From the NCBI GenBank assembly GCA_035286665.1, contig DATECY010000187.1, positions 1 through 52,485 of the forward strand: DNA of 52,485 nt, read 5' to 3'. The notes under the pieces are model-generated. The model had not been told where the DNA came from. It saw only the letters and a list, made by a program, of their open reading frames with translations, and did not search any database. A program made the translations under genes and the position numbers. The stretch is from Acidimicrobiia bacterium (GTDB lineage Bacteria; Actinomycetota; Acidimicrobiia; Spongiisociales; UBA11373). Below, piece after piece: positions 9,201 to 18,943 of the stretch; within the stretch, counting starts at the first letter, position 1, and the number at the start of each line of letters is the position of its first letter.

Positions 9201-9807
9201 CCGGAAGCACCTTCCGCTGTGCTGCCGCGCCGTGATCCATGATCTCGACGAAGAAGTTCTCCTTGCCGAAGATGTCCTGGTACATCGCGGCGGCTTCGAC
9301 GGCACCGTCGTAGTCACGATGCACCCCGACGTTGCCCTCTTCGCCTGACGCCTCGGGAGCGAGCAACTGGGGAACGTGGCCACCGAGGCACCCGGTGGTA
9401 GCAACCAGTCCGCCTGCGTATTCGGACAGCAGTTCGATGTCCATGCGCGGCTTGTAGTAGAAACCCTCGAGGAAGGCCCGGCTGGCGAGTTTCGTCAGGT
9501 TGCGGTACCCCTCCTGGGTGACGGCAAGCAGCGTGATGTGGTACCGCACGTCGTCGCGACGGGGTGGACGGTCGAACCGTGAGCCGGGTGTGAGATACCC
9601 CTCCATGCCGATGACCGGGGTGATGCCCGCACCGGTGGCCTGGGTGTAGAAGTCGACTGCTCCGTAGAGGACGCCGTGATCGGTCAATCCGATCGCCGGC
9701 TGCCCGTCGGCGACGGCGGCTTGGACCACGTCTGCGACCCGGGCGGCACCATCGAGCATCGAGTACTCCGTGTGGAGATGGAGATGCGCAAAGCTGCGGG
9801 CGGACAA
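6295..9807 (-). CDS. dnaE: DNA polymerase III alpha subunit
   Basis: 1170 aa. PHP-domain N-terminus FAHLHLHTEYSMLDGA and collinear DnaE blocks throughout. TTG start 9807 with GAGGAG 6 nt upstream. Confidence 0.95.
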   Translation of the reverse strand: MSARSFAHLHLHTEYSMLDGAARVADVVQAAVADGQPAIGLTDHGVLYGAVDFYTQATGAGITPVIGMEGYLTPGSRFDRPPRRDDVRYHITLLAVTQEGYRNLTKLASRAFLEGFYYKPRMDIELLSEYAGGLVATTGCLGGHVPQLLAPEASGEEGNVGVHRDYDGAVEAAAMYQDIFGKENFFVEIMDHGAAAQRKVLPDLVSIASAIGAPVLATNDCHYTHAAEAEAHDALLCIQTGAQMSDPGRFAFEGQGYYVKSAAEMRALFPDDQFPGACDNTLLIAERAQVRMDFGNILLPHFKVPDGETEASYLRTLVLDGARLRYGNQLRSEVLDRIDHELRVIEEMGFPAYFLIVWDLIRHARDEGIRTGPARGSAGGSIVSYCLRITELDPLAYGLIFERFLNVGRREMPDIDMDFDERYRSEMIRYAAERYGSDHVAQIITFSTIKGRQALRDAARVLGFPYGVGDRAAKAMPPAILGREATLAQCIAATADESAPELRDFHNSAAGLREMYQSDPEARRVIDTALGLEGLRRQDSIHAAAVVISPEPLVDIVPIQQKGEDAEIVTQFEMHAIERLGLLKMDFLGLRNLSTIERCLELVEGTTGTKPDIDAVALDDPAVYDMLSRGDSMGVFQMEGSGMRALMRSLRPDRFEDIIALISLYRPGPLGAGTHNLYADRKNGRVPLEYPHPALQPVLRDTYGIMVYQEQVMKAAEVMAGFSMAEADLLRKAMGKKIASVMDEQEEKFVEGCVAQGHPRELGRELFALMSHFSGYGFNKSHAAGYALVAYQTAWLKAHYPAEYMAALLTSAKRDKERTAVYLNECRAMGVRVLVPDVNSSESDFAAKDDAITFGLSAVRNVGEGVVELITDERTKNGTFGSFQDFVDRVDLSVLNKRTVESLIKAGGFDSTGSTRRGLMAVHEQMIDAVIVRRRAEDMGQFSLFRADEPSVQSGAVAIPEEEWDKKIRLTFEKEMLGLYVSDHPLFGVAQMLRAMASASVAGLVDMADGSAVTVGGIVSGVSRRYTRDGKLMLYFQLEDLEGSVEAVAFPRTVAEVGPVIREDAIIVVAGRVDQRGDGVKLIVQRVTEPSLDTERAVRLRVPAPTMSVDLVDRLKAILSNHPGTTPVFLHLVGGAKDTVVRLGASHTVEPRTSLYAELRELLGSDSVLH

Positions 9808-9842
9808 CGAGGCTCCTCGACGAATTACAGGCGTGTGACCCG

Positions 9843-9851
9843 ACGATACCA
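9843..9851 (-). promoter_or_regulatory. candidate extended -10 element (TGGTATCGT) for dnaE
   Basis: The minus strand reads TGGTATCGT about 36 nt upstream of the dnaE TTG. The same 9-mer type recurs upstream of ileS and the HNH gene. Confidence 0.3.
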
Positions 9852-9890
9852 GGGTCCCCGATCGCGGCCGGGGGCAGCGAGGCAGTGGTC

Positions 9891-9920
9891 TTCTGGACCC
9901 CCGTCACCCCGCCGTACAAT
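9891..9920 (+). promoter_or_regulatory. candidate promoter of the aldolase-pfk operon
   Basis: TACAAT at 9915-9920 lies 31 nt upstream of ATG 9952. A weak TTCTGG sits 18 nt further upstream. Confidence 0.3.
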
Positions 9921-9951
9921 GGCCCTGCGTCTCAGCGACGGGAGTTGCACG

Positions 9952-10863
9952 ATGAAGCTCGGCTACGACCGCAGGTTGTTCCTGCTCGCCTTTGATCACC
10001 GCGGAAGCTTCAAGCAGAAGATGTTCGGCATATCTCCGGGCAAGGAAACCCCGCAGGACATCGAGCGACTCACGGCGGCGAAACGGCTCGTCTTCGACGG
10101 ATTCACGGCCGCCGTCGGCGCCGGTGCCCCCGACGGGGTGGGGGTGCTCGTGGACGAGGAGATGGGCGGCGACGTCGCCCGCGACGCCAAGGCGATGGGT
10201 GTCCCCCTGGCGATGCCCGTCGAGACGTCGGGCCAGCCCACCTTCGACTTCGAATACGGCGACGACTTCGCCGCTCACATCGAAGCCTTCGATCCCGACT
10301 TCTCCAAGGTGCTCGTCCGATGGAATCCGGACGACGACGAGGCGACCAAGGCCCTCCAGGGTGAACGGCTCCGTCGCCTCGGTGAGTGGCTCCACGCCAA
10401 CGATCGCAAGTTCCTGTTCGAGCTGCTCGTGCCCGCCAGCACGCGCCAGCTCGATCTCGTGGGCGGATCGGGCGCGGACTACGACAGCCATGTCCGCCCG
10501 TATCTCATGCTCGAGTCCATTGCCGAGATACAGGCCGCCGGCGTCGAGCCGGACATCTGGAAGATCGAGGGCATCGACACTCGTGAGGACTGCGAGCTCA
10601 TCGCCCGCCTCACCCGTTCGGCCGGTCGCGACGGCGTCATGTCGGTGGTGCTCGGCCGGGGCGCCGACGACGACAAGGTCGATCATTGGCTCCGAATGGG
10701 CGCCCCGGTGTCGGGGTACGGCGGCTTCGCCATCGGACGGTCGATCTGGTGGACGGGCGTCGAAGGATGGAAGGACGGAACGATGACCCCTGACGTCGCG
10801 GTCGGCTCCATCGCTGCTGCCTTCCGGCGGTTCATCGACGTGTACGTAGCCGCGGCGGGCTGA
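9952..10863 (+). CDS. class I aldolase-like TIM-barrel protein (DUF2090 / tagatose-bisphosphate or 2-deoxy-5-keto-gluconate-6-P aldolase-like)
   Basis: ORF 9676..10863, trimmed to ATG 9952 ([20 protein letters not shown]...) with GGGAG 7 nt upstream. The [17 protein letters not shown] and DIWKIEG blocks resemble the LacD/IolC-C-terminal aldolase family as I remember it. Exact substrate unknown. Confidence 0.5.
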   Translation: MKLGYDRRLFLLAFDHRGSFKQKMFGISPGKETPQDIERLTAAKRLVFDGFTAAVGAGAPDGVGVLVDEEMGGDVARDAKAMGVPLAMPVETSGQPTFDFEYGDDFAAHIEAFDPDFSKVLVRWNPDDDEATKALQGERLRRLGEWLHANDRKFLFELLVPASTRQLDLVGGSGADYDSHVRPYLMLESIAEIQAAGVEPDIWKIEGIDTREDCELIARLTRSAGRDGVMSVVLGRGADDDKVDHWLRMGAPVSGYGGFAIGRSIWWTGVEGWKDGTMTPDVAVGSIAAAFRRFIDVYVAAAG

Positions 10864-10873
10864 GGAGGTCGAG

Positions 10874-12022
10874 GTGCGCATCGGAATCCTCACCGGCGGC
10901 GGCGACGTCCCCGGACTCAATCCGTGCATCAAGGCCGTCGTCGAACGGGTGGCCGATCACGGACACGAAGTGGTCGGCATTCGTGGGGGATGGGCCGGGG
11001 TGCTGAACGTGAATCCCGACGACCCGTCTACGGTCGATCGGTGGCTCCTGCCGCTCGATCGCGCTCGGGTGCGCACCGTCGACCGCACCGGAGGCACCTT
11101 CCTCCACACGTCGCGCACCAATCCATCCAAGGTCGGACGGGACCGGGTGCCCGACTTCCTTGCCGATCGCGCCCAAGGTGATGGCCCGTTCGACTTCACC
11201 GACCACGCCAAGCGGGTGATCGAGTCGCAGCGACTCGACGTGCTCATCGCCATTGGCGGGGATGACACGCTGTCATACGCGATGCGTCTCCACGACGAAG
11301 GCGTCCCTGTCATCGCCATCCCCAAGACGATGGACAACGACGTACACGGGACGGACTACTGCATCGGCTTCTCGACCGCAGTGAGCCGTGGGGTCGAGTT
11401 CATCCACGATCTCCGCACCAGCACCGGATCTCACGAGCGCATCGCGGTCGTCGAGCTCTTCGGCCGCTACAGCGGGGAGACCTCGCTGATCACGGGCTAC
11501 CTCGCCGGAGTGGACAGGGCCATCATTCCCGAGGTGCCATTCGACATCGATCGTCTTGCCGAACTCATCATGGCGGACAAGGCGAGGAATCCGTCCAACT
11601 ACGCCATGATGACGATCTCCGAGGGGGCGATCATCGAAGGCGGGGAGATGTCGCTCTCGGGAGAGGCCGATGCCTACGGGCACCGCAAGCTGGGCGGGGT
11701 CGGCGCCGACGTCGCCGGGCTGCTCAAGCGGATCACCGGGCAGGGAATCATTCTGCAGTCGATCGCCTACCTGATGCGCTCCGGCGCACCGGATTCGCTC
11801 GACCTGATGGTGGCGACCAACTACGCATCCATGGCTGCCGACCTCGCCATGGAGGGAGCTTCGGGCCGCATGGTGGCGCTGCGCGGCGGTACGTACACCA
11901 ACGTCCCGCTCAGCGTGACCAAGGAGGGCGTCAAGCGAGTCGACGTCGACGAGCTCTACGACGCCGAGCAGCTGCGCCCCAAGGTTCGACACGTCAGCGG
12001 CAAGCCGATGTTCCTGTACTAG
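10874..12022 (+). CDS. PfkA-family 6-phosphofructokinase, predicted PPi-dependent type
   Basis: N-terminus [22 protein letters not shown]. Motifs [10 protein letters not shown] and IPKTMDNDV give Asp at the position equivalent to E. coli G104 and Lys at G124. GAGGAGG 5 nt upstream of GTG 10874. Confidence 0.8.
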   Translation: MRIGILTGGGDVPGLNPCIKAVVERVADHGHEVVGIRGGWAGVLNVNPDDPSTVDRWLLPLDRARVRTVDRTGGTFLHTSRTNPSKVGRDRVPDFLADRAQGDGPFDFTDHAKRVIESQRLDVLIAIGGDDTLSYAMRLHDEGVPVIAIPKTMDNDVHGTDYCIGFSTAVSRGVEFIHDLRTSTGSHERIAVVELFGRYSGETSLITGYLAGVDRAIIPEVPFDIDRLAELIMADKARNPSNYAMMTISEGAIIEGGEMSLSGEADAYGHRKLGGVGADVAGLLKRITGQGIILQSIAYLMRSGAPDSLDLMVATNYASMAADLAMEGASGRMVALRGGTYTNVPLSVTKEGVKRVDVDELYDAEQLRPKVRHVSGKPMFLY

Positions 12023-12031
12023 GGGGATCCA

Positions 12032-13048
<1,017 letters not shown>

Positions 13049-13072
13049 GAGGGCCAAGCGTCCGCGCCCCCC

Positions 13073-13969
13073 TCAGGCCTCGTCGGGAGCGCCGAGATCC
13101 GCAAGGGCGCGGGCGAGATCCGCCGGAAGAGGACTTTCGATCTCGATTCGTTCACCAGAGATCGGGTGGTCAAACCCGAGGTGGCAGGCATGGAGAAACA
13201 CGCGAGGGCTCCCTCCCGGCCGTCCGTAGGTCCGATCACCGGCGATGGGGAGGCCGATCGAACCGAGGTGGACTCGAATCTGATGGGTCCGCCCCGTTTC
13301 GAGCGTCACACCGAGCAAGGTGAAGCGGCCCCACGACTTCTCGACGCGGTAATGCGTGCGCGCCGGCCGGCCGGTGGACTGAAGACGCATCCTCGTGGGA
13401 CGCATCGGGTCCCTGGCGATGGGTGCGTCGATGGTTCCGGTGGGTGCCGGCGGCGTCCCGTGAACGAGTGCGAGGTACTTCCTGGTGACGGAGCGCGCCG
13501 CAATCGCTTGACGCAGTCCGTCGTACGCCCCCCGGTCCAGGGCCACCACCATCAGACCGGAGGTGTCCCGATCCAACCGATGGACGATTCCCCACCTTCC
13601 ATCGTCCCCGACCCCCCGCACCGACGGCCACCGATGGAGGATTCCTGCCGCCAATGTGCCCGAAGCACGCCCCGCCCCAGGATGGACCACGACTCCTGCC
13701 GGCTTGTCCACGACCGCAAGGTGGGCATCCTCGAAACGCACCCCGAATGCCACGTCCTCGGCGACGAGCACCTCAGGAGGTGTCGGGATCTCGAACTCGA
13801 TGACGCTGCCGGCGCCCACCCGCAGCTTTCCCCATGCCACCTCGCCGTCCACCACCACGCCACCGGAGTCGGCGACCTGTCCGGCGACGGCCCGGCTCAC
13901 CCCGCCCAGCACGGCGACGATGCGGTCGAGACGGGCCCCGTCGAGATCCTGCGGTACTTTGGCCTTCAT
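13073..13969 (-). CDS. rluD: RluA/RluD-family 23S rRNA pseudouridine synthase
   Basis: ORF 13073..14560 is a read-through artefact. The real start is ATG 13969 (MKAKVPQDLDGARLDRIVA...), which overlaps the lspA stop (ATGA). S4-like N-terminus and catalytic HRLDRDTSG motif. Confidence 0.85.
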   Translation of the reverse strand: MKAKVPQDLDGARLDRIVAVLGGVSRAVAGQVADSGGVVVDGEVAWGKLRVGAGSVIEFEIPTPPEVLVAEDVAFGVRFEDAHLAVVDKPAGVVVHPGAGRASGTLAAGILHRWPSVRGVGDDGRWGIVHRLDRDTSGLMVVALDRGAYDGLRQAIAARSVTRKYLALVHGTPPAPTGTIDAPIARDPMRPTRMRLQSTGRPARTHYRVEKSWGRFTLLGVTLETGRTHQIRVHLGSIGLPIAGDRTYGRPGGSPRVFLHACHLGFDHPISGERIEIESPLPADLARALADLGAPDEA

Positions 13970-14508
13970 TCGCGCACGAAGGCGACGATCAGCGCCATCG
14001 CCGCGCCGATCGTGATCGCCGAGTCGGCGACGTTGAAGGCCGGGAAGAATGAGAAGTCGACCCAATCGACGACCCTCCCGTCGAGGAGTCCCGTGCCCCG
14101 GAACAGACGGTCGGCGACGTTGCCGAGCGCGCCTCCGAGCACGAGGCCGAGGGCCAGCGCCTCGATCCGCAACTCGACGCTGCGGACCACGACGAAGATG
14201 AAGATCGCCAGAGCGACCGCGATGAGTGCGATGAACGCCCCGGCGCCCTGGAGCATCGAGAACGCCGCCCCGGGGTTCGTCACGTAGTGGAGTTCGAGAA
14301 GATCTCCGAACAGCCGGATTGGATGCACTCGCAACGATGAGACCGCCCACCACTTGGTGAGCTGATCGGCCAGCACGACGGACCCTGCGGCACAGAGGGC
14401 GACGGCCCTCGCGCTCAGCGGCGCGTCGCGGCGCAGTCCACGCACAGCTTGGTGTACGGAAGGGCGTCGAGGCGCGCCACCGGAATCGCCGCGCCACACT
14501 GGTCGCAT
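13966..14508 (-). CDS. lspA: lipoprotein signal peptidase II
   Basis: LspA blocks: DQLTKWW, NPGAAFS, GGALGNVADR, VVDWVDF, FNVADSAI. Start uncertain: ATG 14508 or GTG 14445. Either choice overlaps the end of the upstream dksA-like gene. Confidence 0.85.
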   Translation of the reverse strand: MRPVWRGDSGGAPRRPSVHQAVRGLRRDAPLSARAVALCAAGSVVLADQLTKWWAVSSLRVHPIRLFGDLLELHYVTNPGAAFSMLQGAGAFIALIAVALAIFIFVVVRSVELRIEALALGLVLGGALGNVADRLFRGTGLLDGRVVDWVDFSFFPAFNVADSAITIGAAMALIVAFVRE

Positions 14509-14789
14509 CTCCCGTAGGTCCCGTCCTTGATTCTGGAGAGGGACTCCTCGACCATGGCAAGGATGTCCTGGGTGTTCTGGGCGAGGGAGAGCTCCTTCTC
14601 CATCTCGAACGCCAGCGACCCGCCTTCGGCGGTGTTGGGGTCGGGGCTGCGGTCCGAGGAGGTCTCGGTCAGCCGCGACTCCTCCCGTTCATCCTCGATG
14701 TCGCGGATGATTTCAGACAGTCGCACCTGCTCTTCTTCGAGACGTTTCCGAAAGCGGTCGAGCGTGGATGCGGCGAGATCGCGTGCCAT
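14415..14789 (-). CDS. TraR/DksA-family C4 zinc-finger protein
   Basis: ORF 14415..14831, trimmed to ATG 14789 (MARDLAASTLDRF...) with GAGGAGG upstream. Coiled-coil region followed by CDQCGAAIPVARLDALPYTKLCVDC. Confidence 0.8.
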   Translation of the reverse strand: MARDLAASTLDRFRKRLEEEQVRLSEIIRDIEDEREESRLTETSSDRSPDPNTAEGGSLAFEMEKELSLAQNTQDILAMVEESLSRIKDGTYGRCDQCGAAIPVARLDALPYTKLCVDCAATRR

Positions 14790-14865
14790 GTGTGGCCCTC
14801 CTCGGCGGCGGGACGATACCACGAGCGACACGGCCGGCGCCCATCACGCCGCCTGTCGGGCCGAA

Positions 14866-15153
14866 TCAGGCGTCGTGCAAGGGAGCCAACGCCGCGACGG
14901 CTCGTTCCCAGGAGACACCAACCACCAGGACGCGCTTCCGCCGCCCTCCATGGCCGCCGATGACGGCACCCCGGCGGCCGCCAGCGGCCGCGGCGACGAG
15001 CCGCGCCACGGCCCGGTTCGCCTCCCCACCGACCGGGGCCGCGGAGGTGCGAACTCGCAGGGCACCGTCGTGGTCGCCGCCCACCACGTCGCGGCTCGAA
15101 CCGGGCACGACCCAGACATCGACCACGACGCCTTCGGGGTGCGACACGATCAT
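14866..15153 (-). CDS. DUF167 (YggU-like) family protein
   Basis: ORF 14866..15477, trimmed to ATG 15153 (MIVSHPEGVVVDVWVVPGSSRDVVGGDHDGALRVRTSAAPVGGEANRAVARLVA...). Typical DUF167 pattern. GTG 15189 is an alternative start. Confidence 0.65.
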   Translation of the reverse strand: MIVSHPEGVVVDVWVVPGSSRDVVGGDHDGALRVRTSAAPVGGEANRAVARLVAAAAGGRRGAVIGGHGGRRKRVLVVGVSWERAVAALAPLHDA

Positions 15154-15173
15154 GGACCGACGATAGGAGATGA

Positions 15174-15202
15174 TGACATCGCATCCCTCCACCTGGTATC
15201 TT
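15174..15202 (+). promoter_or_regulatory. candidate sigma-A-type promoter of the ileS leader
   Basis: TGACAT (15174-15179), a 17-nt spacer, then TATCTT (15197-15202) preceded by TGG (extended -10). The predicted transcription start falls just 5' of T-box Stem I. Confidence 0.45.
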
Positions 15203-15215
15203 CCGCCGCCACGGC

Positions 15216-15461
15216 GTTGAAGAGGACGCGCCCGACCGATACGGAACCCAGCGAGCCGGCGATTGGTGTGAGGCCGGCGTTCACGGTCGAGCGGGACATC
15301 ACCTCCGAGCTGCGGGAAGATCGGGCTCAGGCCCGGGTAGACCCCGCCGGCAGCCCCCCGAGACGGGGCCCACGAGCGGCCGTCCCCGCGGACGGCAAGC
15401 CGGGTGGCACCGCGGGCCCCAGGCTCGTCCCGGCGGCAGGACCCGCCGACCGAGGACGACC
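15216..15461 (+). promoter_or_regulatory. T-box riboswitch leader (Ile, AUC specifier), probably acting on translation
   Basis: T-box sequence GGGTGGCACCGCG at 15402-15414. Stem I folds by hand from these pairings: GAGG 15222-25 with CCUC 15302-05; CGACCG 15233-38 with CGGUCG 15284-89; GAAC 15244-47 with GUUC 15279-82; an AGCGA (AGVGA-type) bulge at 15250-54; GCCGGC 15255-60 with GCCGGC 15273-78; and a 12-nt distal loop. AUC (15298-15300) followed by A sits at the 3' end of the specifier loop. Stem III-like hairpin at 15379-15396. No U-tract; instead a helix (15425-36 with 15443-59) occludes part of the GAGGA Shine-Dalgarno. Confidence 0.8.
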
Positions 15462-18400
15462 ATGACGAGCCCGACACCGTCCACCCAACGGCCCTTCGTG
15501 CCTGTCTCGCACGAGGTGTCGTTCCCTCAGCAGGAACGCCGCATCCTCGACCTGTGGGATCGCATCGACGCGTTCAACGAATCGGTACGGAGCCGGCCGG
15601 CGGACAACGAGTTCACCTTCTACGACGGCCCTCCCTTTCCAACCGGGACACCCCATTACGGCAATCTGCTCGCCGGCGTGCTCAAGGACATCGTCCCCCG
15701 CTACTGGACGATGCGCGGCCATCGGGTCGAGCGCCGGTTCGGCTGGGACACCCACGGCCTTCCCATCGAACTCGAGGTGCAGAAGGAGCTCGGTCTCTCG
15801 GGGCCGCAAGACATCAAGGACTACGGGGTGGCCCGTTTCAACGAGGCCTGCCGCGAGCGGGTGATGGCGAACACCGAGGCCTGGGAAGCGATCACCACGC
15901 GCATCGGACGCTGGGTGGACTTCGAGCACGACTACAAGACCATGGACGTCGACTTCATGGAGTCGGTGTGGTGGGTGTTCAAGCGGCTCTGGGACGAAGG
16001 GCTGGTGTACAAGGCATTCAAGGTGCTCCCCTATTCGTTCGGCGCGGCCACGCCGCTCTCGAACTTCGAGGTGAACCTCGGGGGCTACCGCGACGTGGAC
16101 GACCCGTCGCTCACCCTGCGACTCGTCGTCACCGAGGGGATGCCACCGGCGGCGACCGGCGACGTGCTGCTCGTGTGGACGACGACGCCGTGGACCCTGC
16201 CCTCCAACCTCGGCGTGCAGGTCGGGAGCGACATTCGCTATGTGAGGGTGACGACCACGCTGGACGACCATCCCGGCCCGTACTGGGTCGCCGCCGATCG
16301 GGTGCCGTCCTACTGGCCCGGCGGAGCCGAGATCGATGCCGAGGCCGTGGGGGCCGAGCTGGTCGGCACCCGCTATGCACCGATCCTCCCCTACTACGCG
16401 GAGCTCGCCGAGCGGGGCGCCTTCGTCGTGGTCCCCGGCCCCAACGTCTCCACCGAGGAGGGCACCGGGCTCGTACACACCTCCCCCGCCCACGGCGAGG
16501 ACGACTTCACGGCGTTTGCCGACGCCGGCCTCGCCGACCTGCTGGTCGATCCCGTCGACGACGAAGGGAAGTTCACCGACGCCGTGCCCGATTTCGTCGG
16601 CGTGAATGTGAAGGCGGCGGATCCCGGCATCGTGAAGAAACTGAAGACTGCTGGAGCGCTCGCCCGCAGTGAGCGAATCGTGCACTCCTACCCGTTCTGC
16701 TGGCGGACGTCCACACCCATCATCTACAAGGCCATCCCCACTTGGTTCGTGGCCGTCGAGCGGATCAGGGATCGGATGGCGGAGCTCAACGACACGATCC
16801 ACTGGGTCCCCGAGCACGTGGGCACCCGTCGATTCGGCAACTGGATCTCCCAGGCGAGGGACTGGGCCATCAGCCGCAACCGCTTCTGGGGCTCCTGCAT
16901 CCCGATCTGGACCTGCGGCGAACATGAAGTGTGTGTCGGGAGCCGGGACGAGTTGGAGCGCCTCTCCGGAGTCCGACCCGACGACCTCCACAAGCACATC
17001 GTCGACGAGATCGCCTTCCCCTGTCCGCAATGTGGCGAGCCGATGCACCGGGTGCCAGAAGTCCTCGACGTCTGGTTCGAATCGGGTGCCATGCCCTACG
17101 GACAGAACCACTATCCCTTCGAGAACAAAGAGCGATTCGAGCGGGGATTTCCGGCCAGCTACATCGCCGAGGGCCTCGATCAGACCCGGGGGTGGTTCTA
17201 CACACTGCTGGTGCACGCGACGGCGCTGTTCGACCGCGCCCCATTCCGCAACTGCGTGGTGAACGGCCTCATCCTCGCCGAGGACGGGCACAAGATGTCC
17301 AAGTCGCTCAAGAACTACCCCGACCCTGCGCTCTTGATCGAGGTCACCGGCGCGGATGCGTTGCGGGCCTACCTGATCAATTCGCCGGTGGTCAGGGCCG
17401 AGCCCCTGCGCTTCTCCGAGCGCGGCGTTCGCGAGGTGGTGCGGACGGTGATGCTTCCGTATTGGAATGCCCATTCGTTCTTCACGACGTACGCCGCCGC
17501 CGAGCATCTGACGGTCGAAGACCTGCGCGGCGCTCCTGCTCCCGCGGACCGACCGGAAATCGATCGATGGATCCTGTCGGTGCTGCAGAGCCTCATCCAC
17601 ACCGTGAACCGCGAGATGGAGGGCTACTACCTCTACAACGTCATCCCCCCGCTCATCGAGTTCGTCGACGGCCTGACGAACTGGTACATCCGGAGGTCAC
17701 GCCGCCGCTTCTGGACCGGTCGCGGGGGAGCAGCCACGCTCGGCGACCCCGACAGCCTGTCGGCGTTCGCGACGCTCTACGAGGTCCTCGTCACCTTCGC
17801 AGAGCTGATGGCCCCGGTGCTCCCCTTCATCACCGAGGCGATGTACCAGGATCTCGTCGTCGACCGGCGCGTCGAGCGCACCGCCGGGCCGCTCAGCGTC
17901 CACCTGGAGGATTACCCGGAGGCCGACTCCGACCTCATCGACACCTCCCTCGAGACCGCAATGCGGGCGGTACGCGAGGCCGTCACCCTGGGAAGGAGTC
18001 TGCGAGTGTCGGCATCGATCCGGGTGCGCCAACCGCTCGCCCGGTTCACGGTCGTCAGCCACGACGACGCCATCCGAGCCGCCGTCGGCGTCCACGCCGA
18101 CCTCATCGCGGAGGAACTCAATGTGAAGGAGGTGGTCACCTCCGACGACGAGACGAGCCTCGCCACCATCGGCGCCAAGCCCAACTACCGCTCACTCGGG
18201 CCGAGATTGGGCGCCCGAATGCAGACGATGGCCGACGCGATCAATGCACTGGACGCAGACGCGGTCGCCCGATTGCTCCATGCCGGCTCGGCCGAGGTGG
18301 GCGGCGAGACCATCACCGTGCAAGACGTGGTGGTCACTCGCCAGCCGCGGTCGGGGCTCGCCGTCGCCTCTGGCGACCGGCTCTCGGTTGCCCTCGACAC

Positions 18401-18671
18401 GACGATCACGGCCGACCTCGCCGTGGAGGGTCTTGCCAGGGAGATCGTCAAGATGATCCAGGGGCTTCGCAAAGAGGCCGGGCTCGCCGTGTCGGACCGG
18501 ATCACCGTCTCGTGGGCGTCGCCGTCGGTTGCAGTGCACCAGGCCATAGACCGTCATCGGGAATGGATGGCAGCAGAGGTCCTCGCGGTGGCGTTCGCGG
18601 ACGGTGAGCCGGACGGCGAGGCAGTGGACGCCGCCGGAGAACCCGTCTCGATCTCGATCGCCAGAGCCTGA
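15462..18671 (+). CDS. ileS: isoleucine--tRNA ligase (long, type-2-like form, 1069 aa)
   Basis: HIGH-type motif PHYGNLLAG, KMSKS motif present, and class-I editing and anticodon-binding blocks throughout. Confidence 0.95.
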   Translation: MTSPTPSTQRPFVPVSHEVSFPQQERRILDLWDRIDAFNESVRSRPADNEFTFYDGPPFPTGTPHYGNLLAGVLKDIVPRYWTMRGHRVERRFGWDTHGLPIELEVQKELGLSGPQDIKDYGVARFNEACRERVMANTEAWEAITTRIGRWVDFEHDYKTMDVDFMESVWWVFKRLWDEGLVYKAFKVLPYSFGAATPLSNFEVNLGGYRDVDDPSLTLRLVVTEGMPPAATGDVLLVWTTTPWTLPSNLGVQVGSDIRYVRVTTTLDDHPGPYWVAADRVPSYWPGGAEIDAEAVGAELVGTRYAPILPYYAELAERGAFVVVPGPNVSTEEGTGLVHTSPAHGEDDFTAFADAGLADLLVDPVDDEGKFTDAVPDFVGVNVKAADPGIVKKLKTAGALARSERIVHSYPFCWRTSTPIIYKAIPTWFVAVERIRDRMAELNDTIHWVPEHVGTRRFGNWISQARDWAISRNRFWGSCIPIWTCGEHEVCVGSRDELERLSGVRPDDLHKHIVDEIAFPCPQCGEPMHRVPEVLDVWFESGAMPYGQNHYPFENKERFERGFPASYIAEGLDQTRGWFYTLLVHATALFDRAPFRNCVVNGLILAEDGHKMSKSLKNYPDPALLIEVTGADALRAYLINSPVVRAEPLRFSERGVREVVRTVMLPYWNAHSFFTTYAAAEHLTVEDLRGAPAPADRPEIDRWILSVLQSLIHTVNREMEGYYLYNVIPPLIEFVDGLTNWYIRRSRRRFWTGRGGAATLGDPDSLSAFATLYEVLVTFAELMAPVLPFITEAMYQDLVVDRRVERTAGPLSVHLEDYPEADSDLIDTSLETAMRAVREAVTLGRSLRVSASIRVRQPLARFTVVSHDDAIRAAVGVHADLIAEELNVKEVVTSDDETSLATIGAKPNYRSLGPRLGARMQTMADAINALDADAVARLLHAGSAEVGGETITVQDVVVTRQPRSGLAVASGDRLSVALDTTITADLAVEGLAREIVKMIQGLRKEAGLAVSDRITVSWASPSVAVHQAIDRHREWMAAEVLAVAFADGEPDGEAVDAAGEPVSISIARA

Positions 18672-18688
18672 TCACCGGGGCGTCCCCC

Positions 18689-18940
18689 TCAGAGGGCCCC
18701 CGCAATCAGGAACAGCACGAACATCAGGATCATCGGCGAGAGGTCCAGCGCCATGCCCCCGCCCGTGCGCAGCGGTGGGATGATCGAGCGAAGCGGGATG
18801 AGAACCGGATCGGTCACGGCTCGCAGCACCGACCGAACCCGTGCCAAGGGGTGGTCGTACGACACCGGGATCCACTCCAAGATGACCCGGGCAAGCACGA
18901 CATAGGCGTACGCGAGGACGATCACGCGCAGCACGTTCAC
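18689..18940 (-). CDS. YggT-family membrane protein
   Basis: 83 aa, two TM segments. YggT-like sequence ILEWIPVSYDHPLARVRSVLRAVTDPVLIPLR. Lies immediately downstream of sepF, as in other Actinomycetota. Confidence 0.8.
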   Translation of the reverse strand: MNVLRVIVLAYAYVVLARVILEWIPVSYDHPLARVRSVLRAVTDPVLIPLRSIIPPLRTGGGMALDLSPMILMFVLFLIAGAL

Positions 18941-18943
18941 CGC

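Noticed and set aside
15327-17600. 757-aa ORF antisense to ileS. Similar long antisense or shadow ORFs occur at 743..1948, 2816..4087, 7039..9348, 11273..13057, 20875..22320, 28637..30043, 29671..31242, 32383..34266, 42311..44065, 46762..48351 and 49112..51514.
   Set aside because: They are Arg/Gly/Pro/His-rich and low-complexity. They lie opposite genes with unmistakable conserved motifs and show no recognisable domains. Such stop-free antisense frames are expected at this GC content.
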